Below are positions 37,809 through 50,672 of a stretch of 64,000 nt of DNA, piece by piece. The stretch is from Escherichia coli (GTDB taxonomy: Bacteria > Pseudomonadota > Gammaproteobacteria > Enterobacterales > Enterobacteriaceae): the NCBI RefSeq assembly GCF_045037415.1, contig NZ_CP173438.1; one strand, written 5' to 3'. Numbering within the stretch: position 1 is the first letter of the stretch; every line of letters starts with the position of its first letter. Below the pieces are notes generated by a model. That model worked only from the letters and a program-made list of their open reading frames with translations. It made no database searches and had not been told where the DNA came from. A program made the translations under genes and the position numbers.

Positions 37809-38705
37809 ATGGTTCAGCGTATTACTATTGCGCCGCAAGGCCCGGAGTTTTCCCATTTTGTGATGGGCTACTGGCGATTGATGGACTGGAACATGTCCGC
37901 CCGCCAGTTGGTCAGTTTTATTGAAGAGCATCTGGATCTCGGCGTGACCACCGTGGACCATGCTGATATTTATGGTGGCTATCAGTGCGAAGCGGCGTTT
38001 GGCGAGGCGCTGAAACTGGCACCTCACCTGCGTGAACGGATGGAAATCGTCAGTAAATGCGGTATCGCGACGACCGCGTGTGAAGAAAACGTCATTGGCC
38101 ATTACATCACTGACCGCGATCACATCATTAAGAGCGCCGAACAGTCGCTAATTAATCTCGCGACCGATCATCTGGATCTGCTGTTAATCCACCGACCAGA
38201 CCCGTTAATGGATGCCGATGAAGTGGCGGACGCCTTTAAACATCTGCATCAGAGCGGCAAAGTGCGTCATTTTGGTGTATCGAACTTTACACCTGCGCAA
38301 TTTGCGCTGTTGCAATCACGCCTGCCATTTACCCTTGCCACTAATCAGGTGGAAATATCCCCGGTGCATCAGCCGTTACTGCTGGATGGCACGCTCGACC
38401 AACTGCAACAACTGCGTGTTCGTCCGATGGCGTGGTCCTGCCTTGGTGGTGGTCGTCTGTTTAATGATGATTATTTCCAGCCGCTGCGTGATGAACTGGC
38501 TGTGGTGGCAGAGGAGTTAAACGCGGGCTCGATTGAACAGGTGGTTTACGCCTGGGTATTACGTTTACCGTCGCAGCCGCTGCCAATTATCGGCTCAGGT
38601 AAAATTGAGCGCGTACGGGCAGCAGTCGAAGCAGAAACACTGAAAATGACCCGTCAACAATGGTTCCGTATCCGTAAAGCGGCACTAGGTTACGACGTAC
38701 CGTAA
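37809..38705 (+). CDS. ydhF: aldo/keto reductase-family oxidoreductase YdhF
   Basis: 298 aa AKR-fold protein. Confidence 0.93.
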   Translation: MVQRITIAPQGPEFSHFVMGYWRLMDWNMSARQLVSFIEEHLDLGVTTVDHADIYGGYQCEAAFGEALKLAPHLRERMEIVSKCGIATTACEENVIGHYITDRDHIIKSAEQSLINLATDHLDLLLIHRPDPLMDADEVADAFKHLHQSGKVRHFGVSNFTPAQFALLQSRLPFTLATNQVEISPVHQPLLLDGTLDQLQQLRVRPMAWSCLGGGRLFNDDYFQPLRDELAVVAEELNAGSIEQVVYAWVLRLPSQPLPIIGSGKIERVRAAVEAETLKMTRQQWFRIRKAALGYDVP

Positions 38706-38785
38706 GCACTTTTAGGAATAGCCGCCGTTCAAAAATGTGTCACTGGTTTACACTTATTCAGGAATGCACAATGAACGGAGGTCCT

Positions 38786-39307
38786 ATGAAACGTTTTAGT
38801 CTGGCCATTCTGGCGCTGGTTGTTGCGACCGGCGCACAAGCTGCCAGTGAAAAAGTCGAGATGAACCTCGTCACGTCGCAAGGGGTTGGGCAGTCAATTG
38901 GTAGCGTCACCATTACTGAAACCGATAAAGGTCTGGAGTTTTCGCCCGATCTGAAAGCATTACCTCCCGGTGAACATGGCTTCCATATTCATGCCAAAGG
39001 AAGCTGCCAGCCAGCCACCAAAGATGGCAAAGCCAGCGCCGCAGAATCCGCAGGCGGGCATCTTGATCCACAAAATACCGGTAAACATGAAGGGCCAGAA
39101 GGTGCCGGGCATTTAGGCGATCTGCCTGCACTGGTAGTCAATAATGACGGCAAGGCGACCGATGCCGTCATCGCGCCTCGTCTGAAATCACTGGATGAAG
39201 TCAAAGACAAAGCGCTGATAGTCCACGTTGGCGGCGATAATATGTCCGATCAACCCAAACCGCTGGGCGGTGGCGGTGAACGCTATGCCTGTGGTGTAAT
39301 TAAGTAA
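38786..39307 (+). CDS. sodC: periplasmic Cu/Zn superoxide dismutase
   Basis: 173 aa from ATG at 38786 (MKRFSLAILALVVATGAQA signal peptide); His-rich Cu/Zn ligand motifs. Confidence 0.95.
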   Translation: MKRFSLAILALVVATGAQAASEKVEMNLVTSQGVGQSIGSVTITETDKGLEFSPDLKALPPGEHGFHIHAKGSCQPATKDGKASAAESAGGHLDPQNTGKHEGPEGAGHLGDLPALVVNNDGKATDAVIAPRLKSLDEVKDKALIVHVGGDNMSDQPKPLGGGGERYACGVIK

Positions 39308-41320
39308 TTAAGAGGCCAGCGTACCTTGCGGCGGTGCTTGCTCAAGTTGCGAAAGCGAGCAGTACAGCCGCCAGACAATTGCCGCCAGTTCTCGGGCGGC
39401 AGGTTGATGATGACGGGCAAGGCTGTCGCAAATCCGCTGTAATTCTTCAAGTGTGGCCGCCAGTGATTTTTGCTGAACGCCACGCTCACTCATCACTCCC
39501 CGCAACAGTGAAATACAGTTATCCCGTACTCGCGATAACGGATCGGAACGCGATTCCCAGTCGCGCAATTGCCAGACAACATGAGAACAGTTCAGCAACA
39601 CTACACCCCAGCGTAATAACCAACGGCGAGCCAGCGCATCCTGGCTGTTACTCAACTGACTGACGTGATGATAAGTGAGCGATTCAAATTCGCTTTCACT
39701 CAGTGTTGGATGGCGGCTTAGTTGATCGACAAAATCCCGGCGCAGCGCGCGAATATGGCGGCGGCTTTTACGAGCATCCGATCCTGGACGCAGAATGGCG
39801 AACGCTAACCACGCCAACGCGACGCCAACAATTTTTGCCAGATTATCGTTAAGAAAATCAGCAAAATCATACACCGGGGGATTAGTGACAGCGATAAACG
39901 AACCCATAAAAACAATCAGTTGCCCCCACAGTGCGGCAAATTTGGGCATCTGCAATTTAAGAAGCTGCATTGTCGCCAGCAGTGGAAAGAGAAACAGTAA
40001 AAATTGCCACAGATCGCTAATCTGCACCATCAGGCCAAATTTGACCACAAAGCTGAATAGCGAAAGTAACACCAGCGTGCGCATCAGCAGTGACAAAGAC
40101 TTAAACGGTGCTGCGACGGCGGAGTAGAGTACGCAGCTAATTGCTGCCAGCGTTAAAGCATTGGCACCGGCATCCCATTGCGAAGCAATACTCCATGCGC
40201 CAATCATCATCAACGTACAAAATGTACGCAGCCCGCTCCACATAGCTTCGGCGTTATCGGTATGACGAGCCAGGCCGGATGTCCGTGGGAGTCTGGCATG
40301 ATCATCTACACCGCTTTGTAGACGATGTAATTCCTGACTACTTTGCAGATAAAGGCGGCAAAAATAACGTAGTCGCTGCCAGAAGGCGATGTGCCGGTAG
40401 TCGGTGACGTTGGTCGGGCGTAGTGGGGAGATAATACGTGCGACGGTGTAAACATCTGTTTGCGAACTGGCGAGCGCCGTCAGCAGCTGTTCGAGAATTT
40501 CTCGCGTGGCATCTGGCGGTGAGGGCCAGTTGAGCAACATACGTCGCAGGCTGGAGATGACACTGGTCATACGTAATTGCTGGTGGAGCAGCGCATTAAG
40601 GCGTGCGTTTTGCTGGCGAAAACGATAGTGGCTCCAGAAAGCCTGGATACGCAGCAAATTCATGGTCAGTATCTGCCCAATCACCCCTTCATGTGCTGCA
40701 CGAATGGCATCGGTTGTTTCAGGCCGCCAGAGTAAACTGGCATGTTCCAGTAATCGGGCGTGCATGTTTTTCAATGCGGTTAAAAGGGCTGTAGCATCGG
40801 AACTGCTCGGCAGGATCATCATCATCATGCCGCCGCACAAAATACCGACTATCACCTCGCAAACACGCGCCTGAGCGATATCCCACAGCTGGCTGGCCTC
40901 AGTAATATTAACCATCGGAAAGGCGATGATGGCAGCCGTGTAGCCCGCCAGTTGAAATGCATACGCGACGTTATTCGTGAAGTGCGCACAGGCCCAGGTA
41001 CAAAAGCCAAGCCACGCCGACATGCTCAATAGAAAAAACCACGGCTCATTGAGCGTATGTCCGGCAAGAAGCAGTGCTGCAATGGCTCCGAGCAAACTGC
41101 CAGCGATGCGTCCGAGGCTTTTGCTGATGACACCGCCAACGGTGGGAAAGCTAACCACCGCAGCCGAGGTCATCGCCCAATAGGGTTCATCCAGATTCAA
41201 ATAATAGGCAACCGTCAGCGCCAGACACATGGCAATGGTATTGCGTAACGCATAACGCCATTGCGCCAGCGTGGCCCTGAACCAGGGCAAATTGCGCAAG
41301 GACCATGACGATGCGTTCAT
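39308..41320 (-). CDS. ydhK: FUSC-family (AaeB-like) putative efflux membrane protein YdhK
   Basis: 670 aa with two hydrophobic clusters. Confidence 0.9.
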   Translation of the reverse strand: MNASSWSLRNLPWFRATLAQWRYALRNTIAMCLALTVAYYLNLDEPYWAMTSAAVVSFPTVGGVISKSLGRIAGSLLGAIAALLLAGHTLNEPWFFLLSMSAWLGFCTWACAHFTNNVAYAFQLAGYTAAIIAFPMVNITEASQLWDIAQARVCEVIVGILCGGMMMMILPSSSDATALLTALKNMHARLLEHASLLWRPETTDAIRAAHEGVIGQILTMNLLRIQAFWSHYRFRQQNARLNALLHQQLRMTSVISSLRRMLLNWPSPPDATREILEQLLTALASSQTDVYTVARIISPLRPTNVTDYRHIAFWQRLRYFCRLYLQSSQELHRLQSGVDDHARLPRTSGLARHTDNAEAMWSGLRTFCTLMMIGAWSIASQWDAGANALTLAAISCVLYSAVAAPFKSLSLLMRTLVLLSLFSFVVKFGLMVQISDLWQFLLFLFPLLATMQLLKLQMPKFAALWGQLIVFMGSFIAVTNPPVYDFADFLNDNLAKIVGVALAWLAFAILRPGSDARKSRRHIRALRRDFVDQLSRHPTLSESEFESLTYHHVSQLSNSQDALARRWLLRWGVVLLNCSHVVWQLRDWESRSDPLSRVRDNCISLLRGVMSERGVQQKSLAATLEELQRICDSLARHHQPAARELAAIVWRLYCSLSQLEQAPPQGTLAS

Positions 41321-42177
41321 TATTGACCTACGGCAATGCTACAGGTGGTGCCCGACACCAGCGTGACATCGCCTGGGACTTTATCCAGCGTAAAGCGGAC
41401 GGGAACGCGTTGGGCGAGGCGAACCCAGGGGACGTTAGGTTTCACATCCGGAATAAGGCTTGAGTCACTTTCAACGCTCTGATCATAAATCGCCCGACCG
41501 ATACTGGACACGTGACCCTGTAACGTTTTGTTATCACTATAGAGGGTAATTTGTGCTGGTGCACCTTCGCGGATATGGCGCAACTTGGTTTCTTCAAAAT
41601 AACCAATGACGTAAAACGAGTGGCTGTCAACAAGGGCAAACAGCGGTTTCCCGGTGTCAGCGTAGTCGCCGATGCGGGTAGTGAGATTAGTCACCCATCC
41701 ACTCACCGGGGCGCGAATTTCCGTTTGCGCCAGTTGCCATTGTGCCTGTTTCAGCGTCGCCTGTGCGGCATCAACGCTGGCCTGCATCGCTTTAACATTG
41801 AGGTTAGCGGTATCGAGTTCTTCGGCAGAAATAAAATTTTGTGAGAGATGACGACGACGATTCGCTTCGTTATTGGCTTTTGCGAGGTCAGATTGCGCTT
41901 TCGCCAGCTGAGCCTGTGCGTTCAGCTCGGCGATCTGAAAGGGCGTTTTATCGATCGTGAGCAGAAGATCCCCCGCGTTAACCAGCTGGTTGTCTTTTAT
42001 ATTCAGCTCAACAATACGTCCCGACACCTGTGGGGTGATAGAAACCTGTTCTGCGCGTATTTTCCCGTCGCGTGTCCACGGAGATTGCATGTAATAATTC
42101 CACAGCCACCATCCGGCAAGAACCGCAACTACCGCTACAATGATTGTTGAGAAATACTTAATTGTTTTAATTGACAT
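41320..42177 (-). CDS. ydhJ: HlyD/AaeA-like membrane fusion protein YdhJ
   Basis: 285 aa from ATG at 42177; single N-terminal TM, coiled-coil and beta-barrel region. Confidence 0.9.
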   Translation of the reverse strand: MSIKTIKYFSTIIVAVVAVLAGWWLWNYYMQSPWTRDGKIRAEQVSITPQVSGRIVELNIKDNQLVNAGDLLLTIDKTPFQIAELNAQAQLAKAQSDLAKANNEANRRRHLSQNFISAEELDTANLNVKAMQASVDAAQATLKQAQWQLAQTEIRAPVSGWVTNLTTRIGDYADTGKPLFALVDSHSFYVIGYFEETKLRHIREGAPAQITLYSDNKTLQGHVSSIGRAIYDQSVESDSSLIPDVKPNVPWVRLAQRVPVRFTLDKVPGDVTLVSGTTCSIAVGQ

Positions 42178-42179
42178 AG

Positions 42180-42416
42180 TTACCACGCAATCAGTATTGC
42201 CAGAGCAAGGCAAACGCAAATCGCAAACAGCGATAAATCCATTAACAAGGGATGCCAGATGTCACCAGCGTAGATCCAGCCACGAAGCAGGCGGTGTATG
42301 ACAAGCCAGATGACGAATCCAAACGCGAAGGCTTTGAAAAACGGAGGAAAGTAGACGGACGCACCGAACACCAGATCTTGTAAGGGCAATCCTGTTGCAT
42401 TGAGCATAAACTTCAC
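42180..42416 (-). CDS. ydhI: DUF1656 small inner-membrane protein YdhI
   Basis: 78 aa, two TM helices; stop abuts the ydhJ start. Confidence 0.88.
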   Translation of the reverse strand: MKFMLNATGLPLQDLVFGASVYFPPFFKAFAFGFVIWLVIHRLLRGWIYAGDIWHPLLMDLSLFAICVCLALAILIAW

Positions 42417-42610
42417 AAAGTAGATTCCTTTACGACAGAATATATTGCGTTAGATTAATAAATATTCTTTAAGTGCGAAAAATTTACGCGCAATTTCTGA
42501 AAAATATGTCTGACGGTAACCAAATGCAGCAATACATTTGTTTTAGCAATACAATTGCTGCACACTATTCTAAAAGCCGCATAATATCTTAGCAAGCTAA
42601 TTATAAGGAG

Positions 42611-43051
42611 ATGAAATTGGAATCGCCACTAGGTTCTGATCTGGCACGGTTGGTGCGCATATGGCGTGCTCTGATAGACCATCGCCTGAAACCGCTGGAG
42701 TTAACACAAACCCATTGGGTTACGTTACACAATATCCATCAGTTACCTCCAGACCAGTCGCAAATTCAACTGGCAAAAGCGATTGGCATCGAGCAGCCAT
42801 CACTGGTCCGTACGCTGGACCAACTGGAAGAAAAAGGGTTAATTTCGCGTCAAACTTGTGCCAGCGATCGTCGGGCTAAACGTATTAAACTGACGGAAAA
42901 GGCAGAGCCACTGATCAGCGAAATGGAGGCTGTTATTAACAAAACCCGCGCGGAAATTTTACATGGCATCTCCGCAGAGGAACTGGAACAACTGATTAAG
43001 CTCATCGCAAAACTTGAGCATAATATCATTGAGTTACAGGCCAAAGGGTGA
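42611..43051 (+). CDS. slyA: MarR-family transcriptional regulator SlyA
   Basis: [26 protein letters not shown]...; winged-helix MarR fold (true start may be 2 codons downstream). Confidence 0.95.
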
Positions 43052-43097
43052 AATGAAGGGGGCGTGTGGTCAGTAACCTGACCACACGCAAACTTAT

Positions 43098-43565
43098 TTA
43101 GCGCGGGGAAACGGTCACCTGACTGCCATTGCTGGCCAGTACGACACGTTGGCCTGGAGAGAAATGAGTGTTCCCTTGTTTCTGTACCACCATGATGGTG
43201 TTGCCATCATCTTTACGAATTTCCAGCTCGACACCCTGCGTTTTGTTCATTGCACTCTGTACGCCCTGACCGGCTACACCACCTGCAACGGCCCCTGCTG
43301 CAGTAGCCAGAGAACGCCCGGTTCCGCCACCAATAGTATTTCCCAGGAAACCACCAAGTACAGCACCGCCAATTGCGCCGATAACGTTGGAATCATCACC
43401 GCCCTGAATCTGTACCTGACGTACATTAACGATGGTGCCATAGCTGACATTCTGTACTTGTTTCGCTTCAGAAGCGGTATAAACATCCCCTGACAGGGTG
43501 TCGTTATTAACACAACCGACAAGAGACAGACCTACCATTGAAACAACCAATACGCGTTTAATCAT
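43098..43565 (-). CDS. slyB: outer-membrane lipoprotein SlyB
   Basis: 155 aa, lipobox LVGC, Gly-rich region. Confidence 0.96.
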   Translation of the reverse strand: MIKRVLVVSMVGLSLVGCVNNDTLSGDVYTASEAKQVQNVSYGTIVNVRQVQIQGGDDSNVIGAIGGAVLGGFLGNTIGGGTGRSLATAAGAVAGGVAGQGVQSAMNKTQGVELEIRKDDGNTIMVVQKQGNTHFSPGQRVVLASNGSQVTVSPR

Positions 43566-43688
43566 TGAAAAATCTCCTGTTCACCATGAAACGCCACGCA
43601 AGCATCCCTCATGGTCAAAGTATATGGCATATGTGAATCCATGGTTACATGTTCTACCAAATATGAGCAAATCATAATGAAAGTAGGA

Positions 43689-43705
43689 TCAACCAATTAT
43701 AAACA
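43689..43705 (-). promoter_or_regulatory. candidate PhoP box upstream of slyB
   Basis: Minus strand reads tgtttataattggttga (TGTTTA-N5-GGTTGA; one mismatch to the direct-repeat consensus), about 125 bp upstream of slyB, a known PhoP-activated gene. Confidence 0.35.
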
Positions 43706-43838
43706 AAATATTCATGATGATTATTGATTTGAAGATAATGTTTTACTACCAACGGTAAAAATTGGTCATTCCGCGTGGTATTCACGAAAAGTTTATGTTT
43801 GAGTGGTGCGCAAACGTCAGATTGAAAAAGGATGAACT

Positions 43839-44948
43839 ATGAAATCGGGCCGCTTTATTGGCGTTATGTCAGGCACCAGCCTTGATGGTGTTGATGTTGT
43901 GTTAGCGACAATTGATGAACACCGGGTCGCACAGCTGGCAAGTTTGAGCTGGCCGATCCCGGTGTCTCTGAAACAGGCTGTACTGGATATTTGCCAGGGC
44001 CAGCAGCTTACACTTTCGCAGTTTGGACAGCTTGATACTCAACTCGGGCGACTTTTTGCTGATGCGGTCAATGCCTTGCTTAAGGAACAAAACCTGCAGG
44101 CGAGAGATATCGTTGCGATCGGCTGTCACGGTCAAACCGTCTGGCACGAACCGACGGGCGTGGCACCACACACTTTACAGATTGGCGATAACAATCAAAT
44201 TGTGGCGCGCACCGGAATTACGGTTGTCGGTGATTTTCGCCGTCGCGATATTGCCCTGGGAGGACAAGGTGCACCGCTGGTACCTGCGTTCCATCATGCG
44301 CTGCTGGCTCACCCAACCGAGCGACGAATGGTGCTCAATATTGGCGGCATCGCCAATCTGTCACTGCTCATTCCTGGCCAGCCGGTTGGGGGCTACGATA
44401 CCGGTCCTGGTAACATGCTGATGGATGCCTGGATCTGGCGTCAGGCCGGTAAACCTTACGATAAAGATGCCGAGTGGGCACGGGCGGGTAAAGTTATTCT
44501 CCCACTGCTGCAAAATATGCTCAGCGACCCATATTTCTCGCAACCCGCACCGAAAAGCACCGGACGCGAATACTTTAACTACGGCTGGCTGGAGCGCCAT
44601 TTGCGCCATTTTCCGGGGGTTGATCCCCGTGATGTGCAGGCCACAGTGGCAGAACTCACCGCCGTGACCATTTCTGAACAAGTTTTGTTGAGCGGTGGCT
44701 GCGAACGATTGATGGTATGTGGTGGAGGTAGTCGTAATCCGCTACTCATGGCGCGTCTGGCGGCATTACTGCCAGGCACAGAAGTCACCACCACCGATGC
44801 CGTTGGCATTAGTGGCGATGACATGGAAGCATTGGCGTTCGCCTGGCTTGCCTGGCGAACGCTGGCGGGATTACCAGGAAATCTGCCTTCCGTCACTGGC
44901 GCAAGCCAGGAGACGGTACTGGGGGCTATTTTCCCCGCTAACCCGTGA
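43839..44948 (+). CDS. anmK: anhydro-N-acetylmuramic acid kinase
   Basis: 369 aa [23 protein letters not shown]... Confidence 0.96.
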   Translation: MKSGRFIGVMSGTSLDGVDVVLATIDEHRVAQLASLSWPIPVSLKQAVLDICQGQQLTLSQFGQLDTQLGRLFADAVNALLKEQNLQARDIVAIGCHGQTVWHEPTGVAPHTLQIGDNNQIVARTGITVVGDFRRRDIALGGQGAPLVPAFHHALLAHPTERRMVLNIGGIANLSLLIPGQPVGGYDTGPGNMLMDAWIWRQAGKPYDKDAEWARAGKVILPLLQNMLSDPYFSQPAPKSTGREYFNYGWLERHLRHFPGVDPRDVQATVAELTAVTISEQVLLSGGCERLMVCGGGSRNPLLMARLAALLPGTEVTTTDAVGISGDDMEALAFAWLAWRTLAGLPGNLPSVTGASQETVLGAIFPANP

Positions 44949-45045
44949 TATCAGAGTTAACTGAATTTTTCTTACCGCGTCTGCCGTTACACTTGGAACG
45001 TTAGGGAGGGCGTATTGCCCTCCAGACCAGGAAAGTCTTCGGGAT

Positions 45046-45375
45046 ATGTCTATGAAAAAACTGTTACTGATCTGTTTGCCGGTGCTTCTCACCGGCTGTA
45101 GCGCGTTCAATCAACTGGTTGAGCGCATGCAAACCGATACGCTTGAATACCAGTGTGATGAAAAACCGTTGACGGTCAAACTGAATAATCCGCGCCAGGA
45201 AGTCAGTTTTGTTTACGATAATCAACTACTGCATCTCAAACAGGGCATTTCAGCGTCTGGTGCACGTTACACCGACGGAATCTATGTTTTCTGGTCGAAA
45301 GGCGAGGAAGCGACTGTCTATAAACGCGACCGCATCGTCTTGAATAACTGTCAGTTACAAAATCCGCAGCGTTGA
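45046..45375 (+). CDS. mliC: membrane-bound lysozyme inhibitor of C-type lysozyme (lipoprotein)
   Basis: 109 aa; lipobox LTGC; differs from K-12 at a few signal-peptide residues. Confidence 0.92.
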   Translation: MSMKKLLLICLPVLLTGCSAFNQLVERMQTDTLEYQCDEKPLTVKLNNPRQEVSFVYDNQLLHLKQGISASGARYTDGIYVFWSKGEEATVYKRDRIVLNNCQLQNPQR

Positions 45376-45433
45376 GATTTTTCCAGGGGCGGCGCACAAT
45401 AGCGTCACCCACTGACAATCCGTAAAGAAAACC

Positions 45434-46090
45434 ATGTCTGATAACGACGAATTGCAGCAAATCGCGCATCTGCGCCGTGAATACACCAAAGGCGGGTTAC
45501 GCCGCCGCGATCTACCCGCCGATCCATTAACCCTTTTTGAACGTTGGCTCTCTCAGGCTTGTGAAGCCAAACTGGCTGACCCTACCGCGATGGTGGTCGC
45601 TACCGTGGATGAACATGGTCAGCCTTATCAGCGCATCGTTTTACTCAAACATTACGACGAAAAAGGCATGGTGTTTTACACCAACCTCGGCAGCCGTAAA
45701 GCACATCAAATCGAAAATAATCCGCGCGTTAGCCTGCTGTTCCCGTGGCATACCCTTGAACGCCAGGTGATGGTGATCGGTAAAGCGGAACGACTTTCGA
45801 CTCTCGAAGTGATGAAATATTTTCATAGCCGCCCGCGTGATAGCCAGATTGGTGCATGGGTTTCGAAGCAGTCCAGTCGCATTTCTGCCCGCGGTATCCT
45901 TGAAAGTAAATTCCTGGAGCTGAAGCAGAAGTTTCAACAGGGCGAAGTGCCATTGCCAAGTTTTTGGGGTGGTTTTCGCGTCAGCCTTGAACAGATTGAG
46001 TTCTGGCAGGGCGGTGAGCATCGCCTGCATGACCGCTTTTTGTACCAGCGTGAAAATGATGCGTGGAAGATTGATCGTCTTGCACCCTGA
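45434..46090 (+). CDS. pdxH: pyridoxine/pyridoxamine 5'-phosphate oxidase
   Basis: 218 aa FMN-dependent oxidase. Confidence 0.96.
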
Positions 46091-46218
46091 AAAGATGCAA
46101 AAATCTTGCTTTAATCGCTGGTACTCCTGATTCTGGCACTTTATTCTATGTCTCTTTCGCATCTGGCGAAAAGTCGTGTACCGGCAAAGGTGCAGTCGTT
46201 ATATACATGGAGATTTTG

Positions 46219-47493
46219 ATGGCAAGCAGTAACTTGATTAAACAATTGCAAGAGCGGGGGCTGGTAGCCCAGGTGACGGACGAGGAAGCGTTAGCAGAGC
46301 GACTGGCGCAAGGCCCGATCGCGCTCTATTGCGGCTTCGATCCTACCGCTGACAGCTTGCATTTGGGGCATCTTGTTCCATTGTTATGCCTGAAACGCTT
46401 CCAGCAGGCGGGCCACAAGCCGGTTGCGCTGGTAGGCGGCGCGACGGGTCTGATTGGCGACCCGAGCTTCAAAGCTGCCGAGCGTAAGCTGAACACTGAA
46501 GAAACTGTTCAGGAGTGGGTGGACAAAATCCGCAAGCAGGTTGCCCCGTTCCTCGATTTCGACTGTGGAGAAAACTCTGCTATCGCGGCGAACAACTATG
46601 ACTGGTTCGGCAATATGAATGTGCTGACCTTCCTGCGCGATATTGGCAAACACTTCTCCGTTAACCAGATGATCAACAAAGAAGCGGTTAAGCAGCGTCT
46701 CAACCGTGAAGATCAGGGGATTTCGTTCACTGAGTTTTCCTACAACCTGTTGCAGGGTTATGACTTCGCCTGTCTGAACAAACAGTACGGTGTGGTGCTG
46801 CAAATCGGTGGTTCTGACCAGTGGGGTAACATCACTTCTGGTATCGACCTGACCCGTCGTCTGCATCAGAATCAGGTGTTTGGCTTGACCGTTCCGCTGA
46901 TCACCAAAGCAGACGGCACCAAATTTGGTAAAACTGAAGGCGGCGCAGTCTGGTTGGATCCGAAGAAAACCAGCCCGTACAAATTCTACCAGTTCTGGAT
47001 CAACACTGCGGATGCCGACGTTTACCGCTTCCTGAAGTTCTTCACCTTCATGAGCATTGAAGAGATCAACGCCCTGGAAGAAGAAGATAAAAACAGCGGT
47101 AAAGCACCGCGCGCCCAGTATGTGCTTGCAGAACAGGTGACACGTCTGGTGCATGGTGAAGAAGGTTTGCAGGCGGCAAAACGTATTACCGAATGCCTGT
47201 TCAGCGGTTCCTTGAGTGCGCTGAGTGAAGCGGACTTCGAACAGCTGGCGCAGGACGGCGTACCGATGGTTGAGATGGAAAAGGGCGCAGACCTGATGCA
47301 GGCGCTGGTCGATTCTGAACTGCAACCTTCCCGTGGTCAGGCGCGTAAAACTATCGCCTCCAATGCCATCACCATTAACGGTGAAAAACAGTCCGATCCT
47401 GAATACTTCTTTAAAGAAGAAGATCGTCTGTTTGGTCGTTTTACCTTACTGCGTCGCGGCAAAAAGAATTACTGTCTGATTTGCTGGAAATAA
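46219..47493 (+). CDS. tyrS: tyrosyl-tRNA synthetase
   Basis: 424 aa from ATG at 46219 ([15 protein letters not shown]...); HLGH and KFGKT class-I motifs. Confidence 0.97.
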
Positions 47494-47551
47494 TGCATTA
47501 AGTGGAAAGGGGGAGTGAGAAATCACTCCCCCTGGTTTTTATACAGGGAAC

Positions 47552-48415
47552 ATGATGAAAAATATTCTCGCTATCCAGTCTCACGTTGTTTATGGTCATG
47601 CGGGTAACAGTGCGGCAGAGTTTCCGATGCGCCGCCTGGGCGCGAACGTCTGGCCGCTGAACACCGTTCAATTTTCTAATCACACCCAATACGGCAAATG
47701 GACCGGTTGCGTGATGCCGCCCAGCCATTTAACCGAAATTGTGCAAGGCATTGCCGCCATTGATAAATTACACACCTGTGATGCCGTATTAAGTGGCTAT
47801 CTGGGATCGGCGGAGCAGGGTGAACATATCCTCGGTATCGTTCGTCAGGTGAAAGCAGCGAATCCACAGGCGAAATATTTTTGCGATCCGGTAATGGGTC
47901 ATCCGGAAAAAGGCTGTATCGTTGCACCGGGTGTCGCAGAGTTTCATGTGCGGCACGGTTTGCCTGCCAGCGATATCATTGCGCCGAATCTGGTTGAGCT
48001 GGAAATACTCTGTGAGCATCCGGTAAATAACGTCGAAGAAGCGGTTCTGGCAGCGCGCGAACTCATTGCGCAAGGGCCACAAATTGTGTTGGTTAAACAC
48101 CTGGCGCGAGCTGGCTACAGCCGTGACCGTTTTGAAATGCTGCTAGTCACCGCCGATGAAGCCTGGCATATCAGCCGTCCGCTGGTGGATTTTGGTATGC
48201 GCCAGCCGGTAGGTGTTGGTGATGTGACGAGCGGTTTACTGCTGGTGAAACTGCTTCAGGGGGCAACGCTGCAGGAGGCCCTGGAACATGTGACCGCTGC
48301 AGTATACGAAATCATGGTGACCACAAAAGCAATGCAGGAATATGAGCTGCAAGTGGTTGCTGCTCAGGATCGTATTGCCAATCCAGAACATTATTTCAGC
48401 GCAACAAAGCTCTGA
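47552..48415 (+). CDS. pdxY: pyridoxal kinase 2
   Basis: 287 aa ribokinase-fold kinase. Confidence 0.96.
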   Translation: MMKNILAIQSHVVYGHAGNSAAEFPMRRLGANVWPLNTVQFSNHTQYGKWTGCVMPPSHLTEIVQGIAAIDKLHTCDAVLSGYLGSAEQGEHILGIVRQVKAANPQAKYFCDPVMGHPEKGCIVAPGVAEFHVRHGLPASDIIAPNLVELEILCEHPVNNVEEAVLAARELIAQGPQIVLVKHLARAGYSRDRFEMLLVTADEAWHISRPLVDFGMRQPVGVGDVTSGLLLVKLLQGATLQEALEHVTAAVYEIMVTTKAMQEYELQVVAAQDRIANPEHYFSATKL

Positions 48416-48458
48416 AATATCTCATTTCGGCCCACAACGACCTGTGGGCCGATGGCTA

Positions 48459-49064
48459 TTACTTTAAGCCTTCCGCTGACAGCGCGTCTTGTACTTCCGG
48501 ACGTTCAGCCATACGTTGCATAAATGCCGCAATGTGCTCTAACCCTTCCAGATTCAGTTTCACCGCGTATGCCCAGCGCAGAACCGTAAACAGATAGGCA
48601 TCAGCAATTGTGAATCGTTGCCCGCAGATCCAGTGCTCATCCTTCAGGGCCTCGTTCACATATTGCAGCTTCTTCTCCAGCTGCGCGCGAACTGTCGGTT
48701 TGTACTCTTCCGGTGTATCAGGGCGAAACAGAGGTGTGAAACCTTTATGCAGCTCGGTGGCGATGTAATTCAGCCATTCGATGGTTTTATAGCGGGAAAT
48801 ACTGTTTACCGGTGCCAGCAACTGGCGGTCGGGGACGCTGTCGGCAAGATACTGCATAATCGCTACGCCTTCCGTCAGCAAAGTACCATCGTCCAGCAGC
48901 AATGCAGGTACCTGTCCCTTAGGGTTAACGGCAAAGTAATCGTCACCGTTTTCGAGACGTTTTTTCATTAAATCCACACTGACGAGCGTAAAATCCTTTC
49001 CGCTCTCACGCAGGGTGATATGGGAAGCGAGAGAGCAGGCGCCCGGTTTGTAGAACAATTTCAT
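48459..49064 (-). CDS. gstA: glutathione S-transferase
   Basis: 201 aa [22 protein letters not shown]... Confidence 0.96.
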
Positions 49065-49169
49065 CGGTAACTCCTTTTGTCTGTGGTTTAAAGTATGGTA
49101 GTGCGTTGCTGAACAAAAAAAAAGCCGCTAACGAAAAGTTAGCGGCTTGTAAATGAGTTTCCCTGAATT

Positions 49170-50672
49170 TTACGCTACGGCTGCTTTCGCCGCTTTGTCT
49201 GCAGCGTCATCCTGCGTCATGCGGTGCAGTTTCGGCGCGGTAAACAGCATCAGTACTGCAATAACGGCAGTAGCGACACCAATCTGCAAGAATACGCGAC
49301 CATAGACTTCCAGTGACATCAGCGGATCGGTAACGTTATCCGGCACAGCCATCATACCTGCAACATAACCACCAATCAGGTTTGCACCGGCAGTGGTCAG
49401 GAACCAGCTACCCATAATGAAGCCCATCAGACGCTGCGGAACGAGTTGTGCAACCATTGCCAGACCCAGGCCAGAGATCATCAGTTCCCCGATACTCTGC
49501 AGGCCATAGCTCGCGACCAGCCAGCTTACAGACACGATACCAGCGTCAGACGCGAATTTCGCACCCAGCGGCAGAATCAGGAACGCACCAGAACACATCA
49601 CCATGCCGATAGCAAACTTGGTTGGCATCGGCAGGGTATCGCCCATCTTGTTATAGATAGCGGCCAGAATCGGGCTACCAATGATGATCCAGAACGGGTT
49701 CAGTGCCTGATACTGCTCAGGTTCTACGGCCAGGCCCAGAATGGTGTGTTCAACGTTACGAATCGCAAAGAAGTTCAGTGACGTTGGCATCTGGCTATAA
49801 AGCACGAAGAAGATAATGGCTTCGAGCATCAGGATGAAGGCAACGATCATTTTACGACGCGCAGCACCTTTCATCGCGAAGGCTTCTTTACCGAAGATAA
49901 CCACAATACCGAAGGCAACAACGCCCAGCGCCATACGCGCAACTTCCTGATTGTGCAGCAGCCAGGTGGCGATAGCGATCAGTGCCACAACACCAATAAT
50001 GGTCAGCAGCAGGTTACGGTAGTTGATAGGCTCGAAGTCTGGTTTTGAACCGTACTGTTTAACCCAACGTTGGCAGAAGGCGAAGTTAACGATAGTGATC
50101 AGCAGGCCTACAACGCTCAACGCAAACGCAACACTCCAGCCGTATTTCGCGGCCAGCCACGGCGTAGCAATCATAGAGAAGAAAGAGCCGATGTTGACGG
50201 ACATGTAGTACATGGTGAATGCACCGTCCAGACGCGGGTCGTTTTTCTCATAGCATGTAGAAAGCAGAGAAGACGGGTTAGCTTTAAACAGGCCGTTACC
50301 GACCGCAATAGCCGCCATACCCATATAAACGATACCGGCGTCGTGACCAGACCAGGCAACCAGAGCATAACCAATCGCCAGCACAATAGCGCCGAGCATA
50401 ATTACGCGTTTAGTACCCAGTACCTTGTCACCTAACCAGCCGCCGATAGCGACCAGACCATAAACCAGGGCACTAAAGGAAGAGAAAAGGGTGATTGAAT
50501 CCGCTTCAGACATACCCAGTTGTTTAACCAGGTAAACAGCCATAATTCCTTGTAGGCCGTAATAACCAAAACGTTCCCATAACTCAATCGAGAAGATGAG
50601 ATAGAACGCCTTCGGTTGTTTAAAAGCGTTCAAACTGACGCTTTCAGTTGGTTTTTGGTTTGCAGTGGACAC
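49170..50672 (-). CDS. dtpA: proton-dependent di/tripeptide permease A (POT family)
   Basis: 500 aa, 14-TM POT/PTR2 transporter. Confidence 0.96.
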
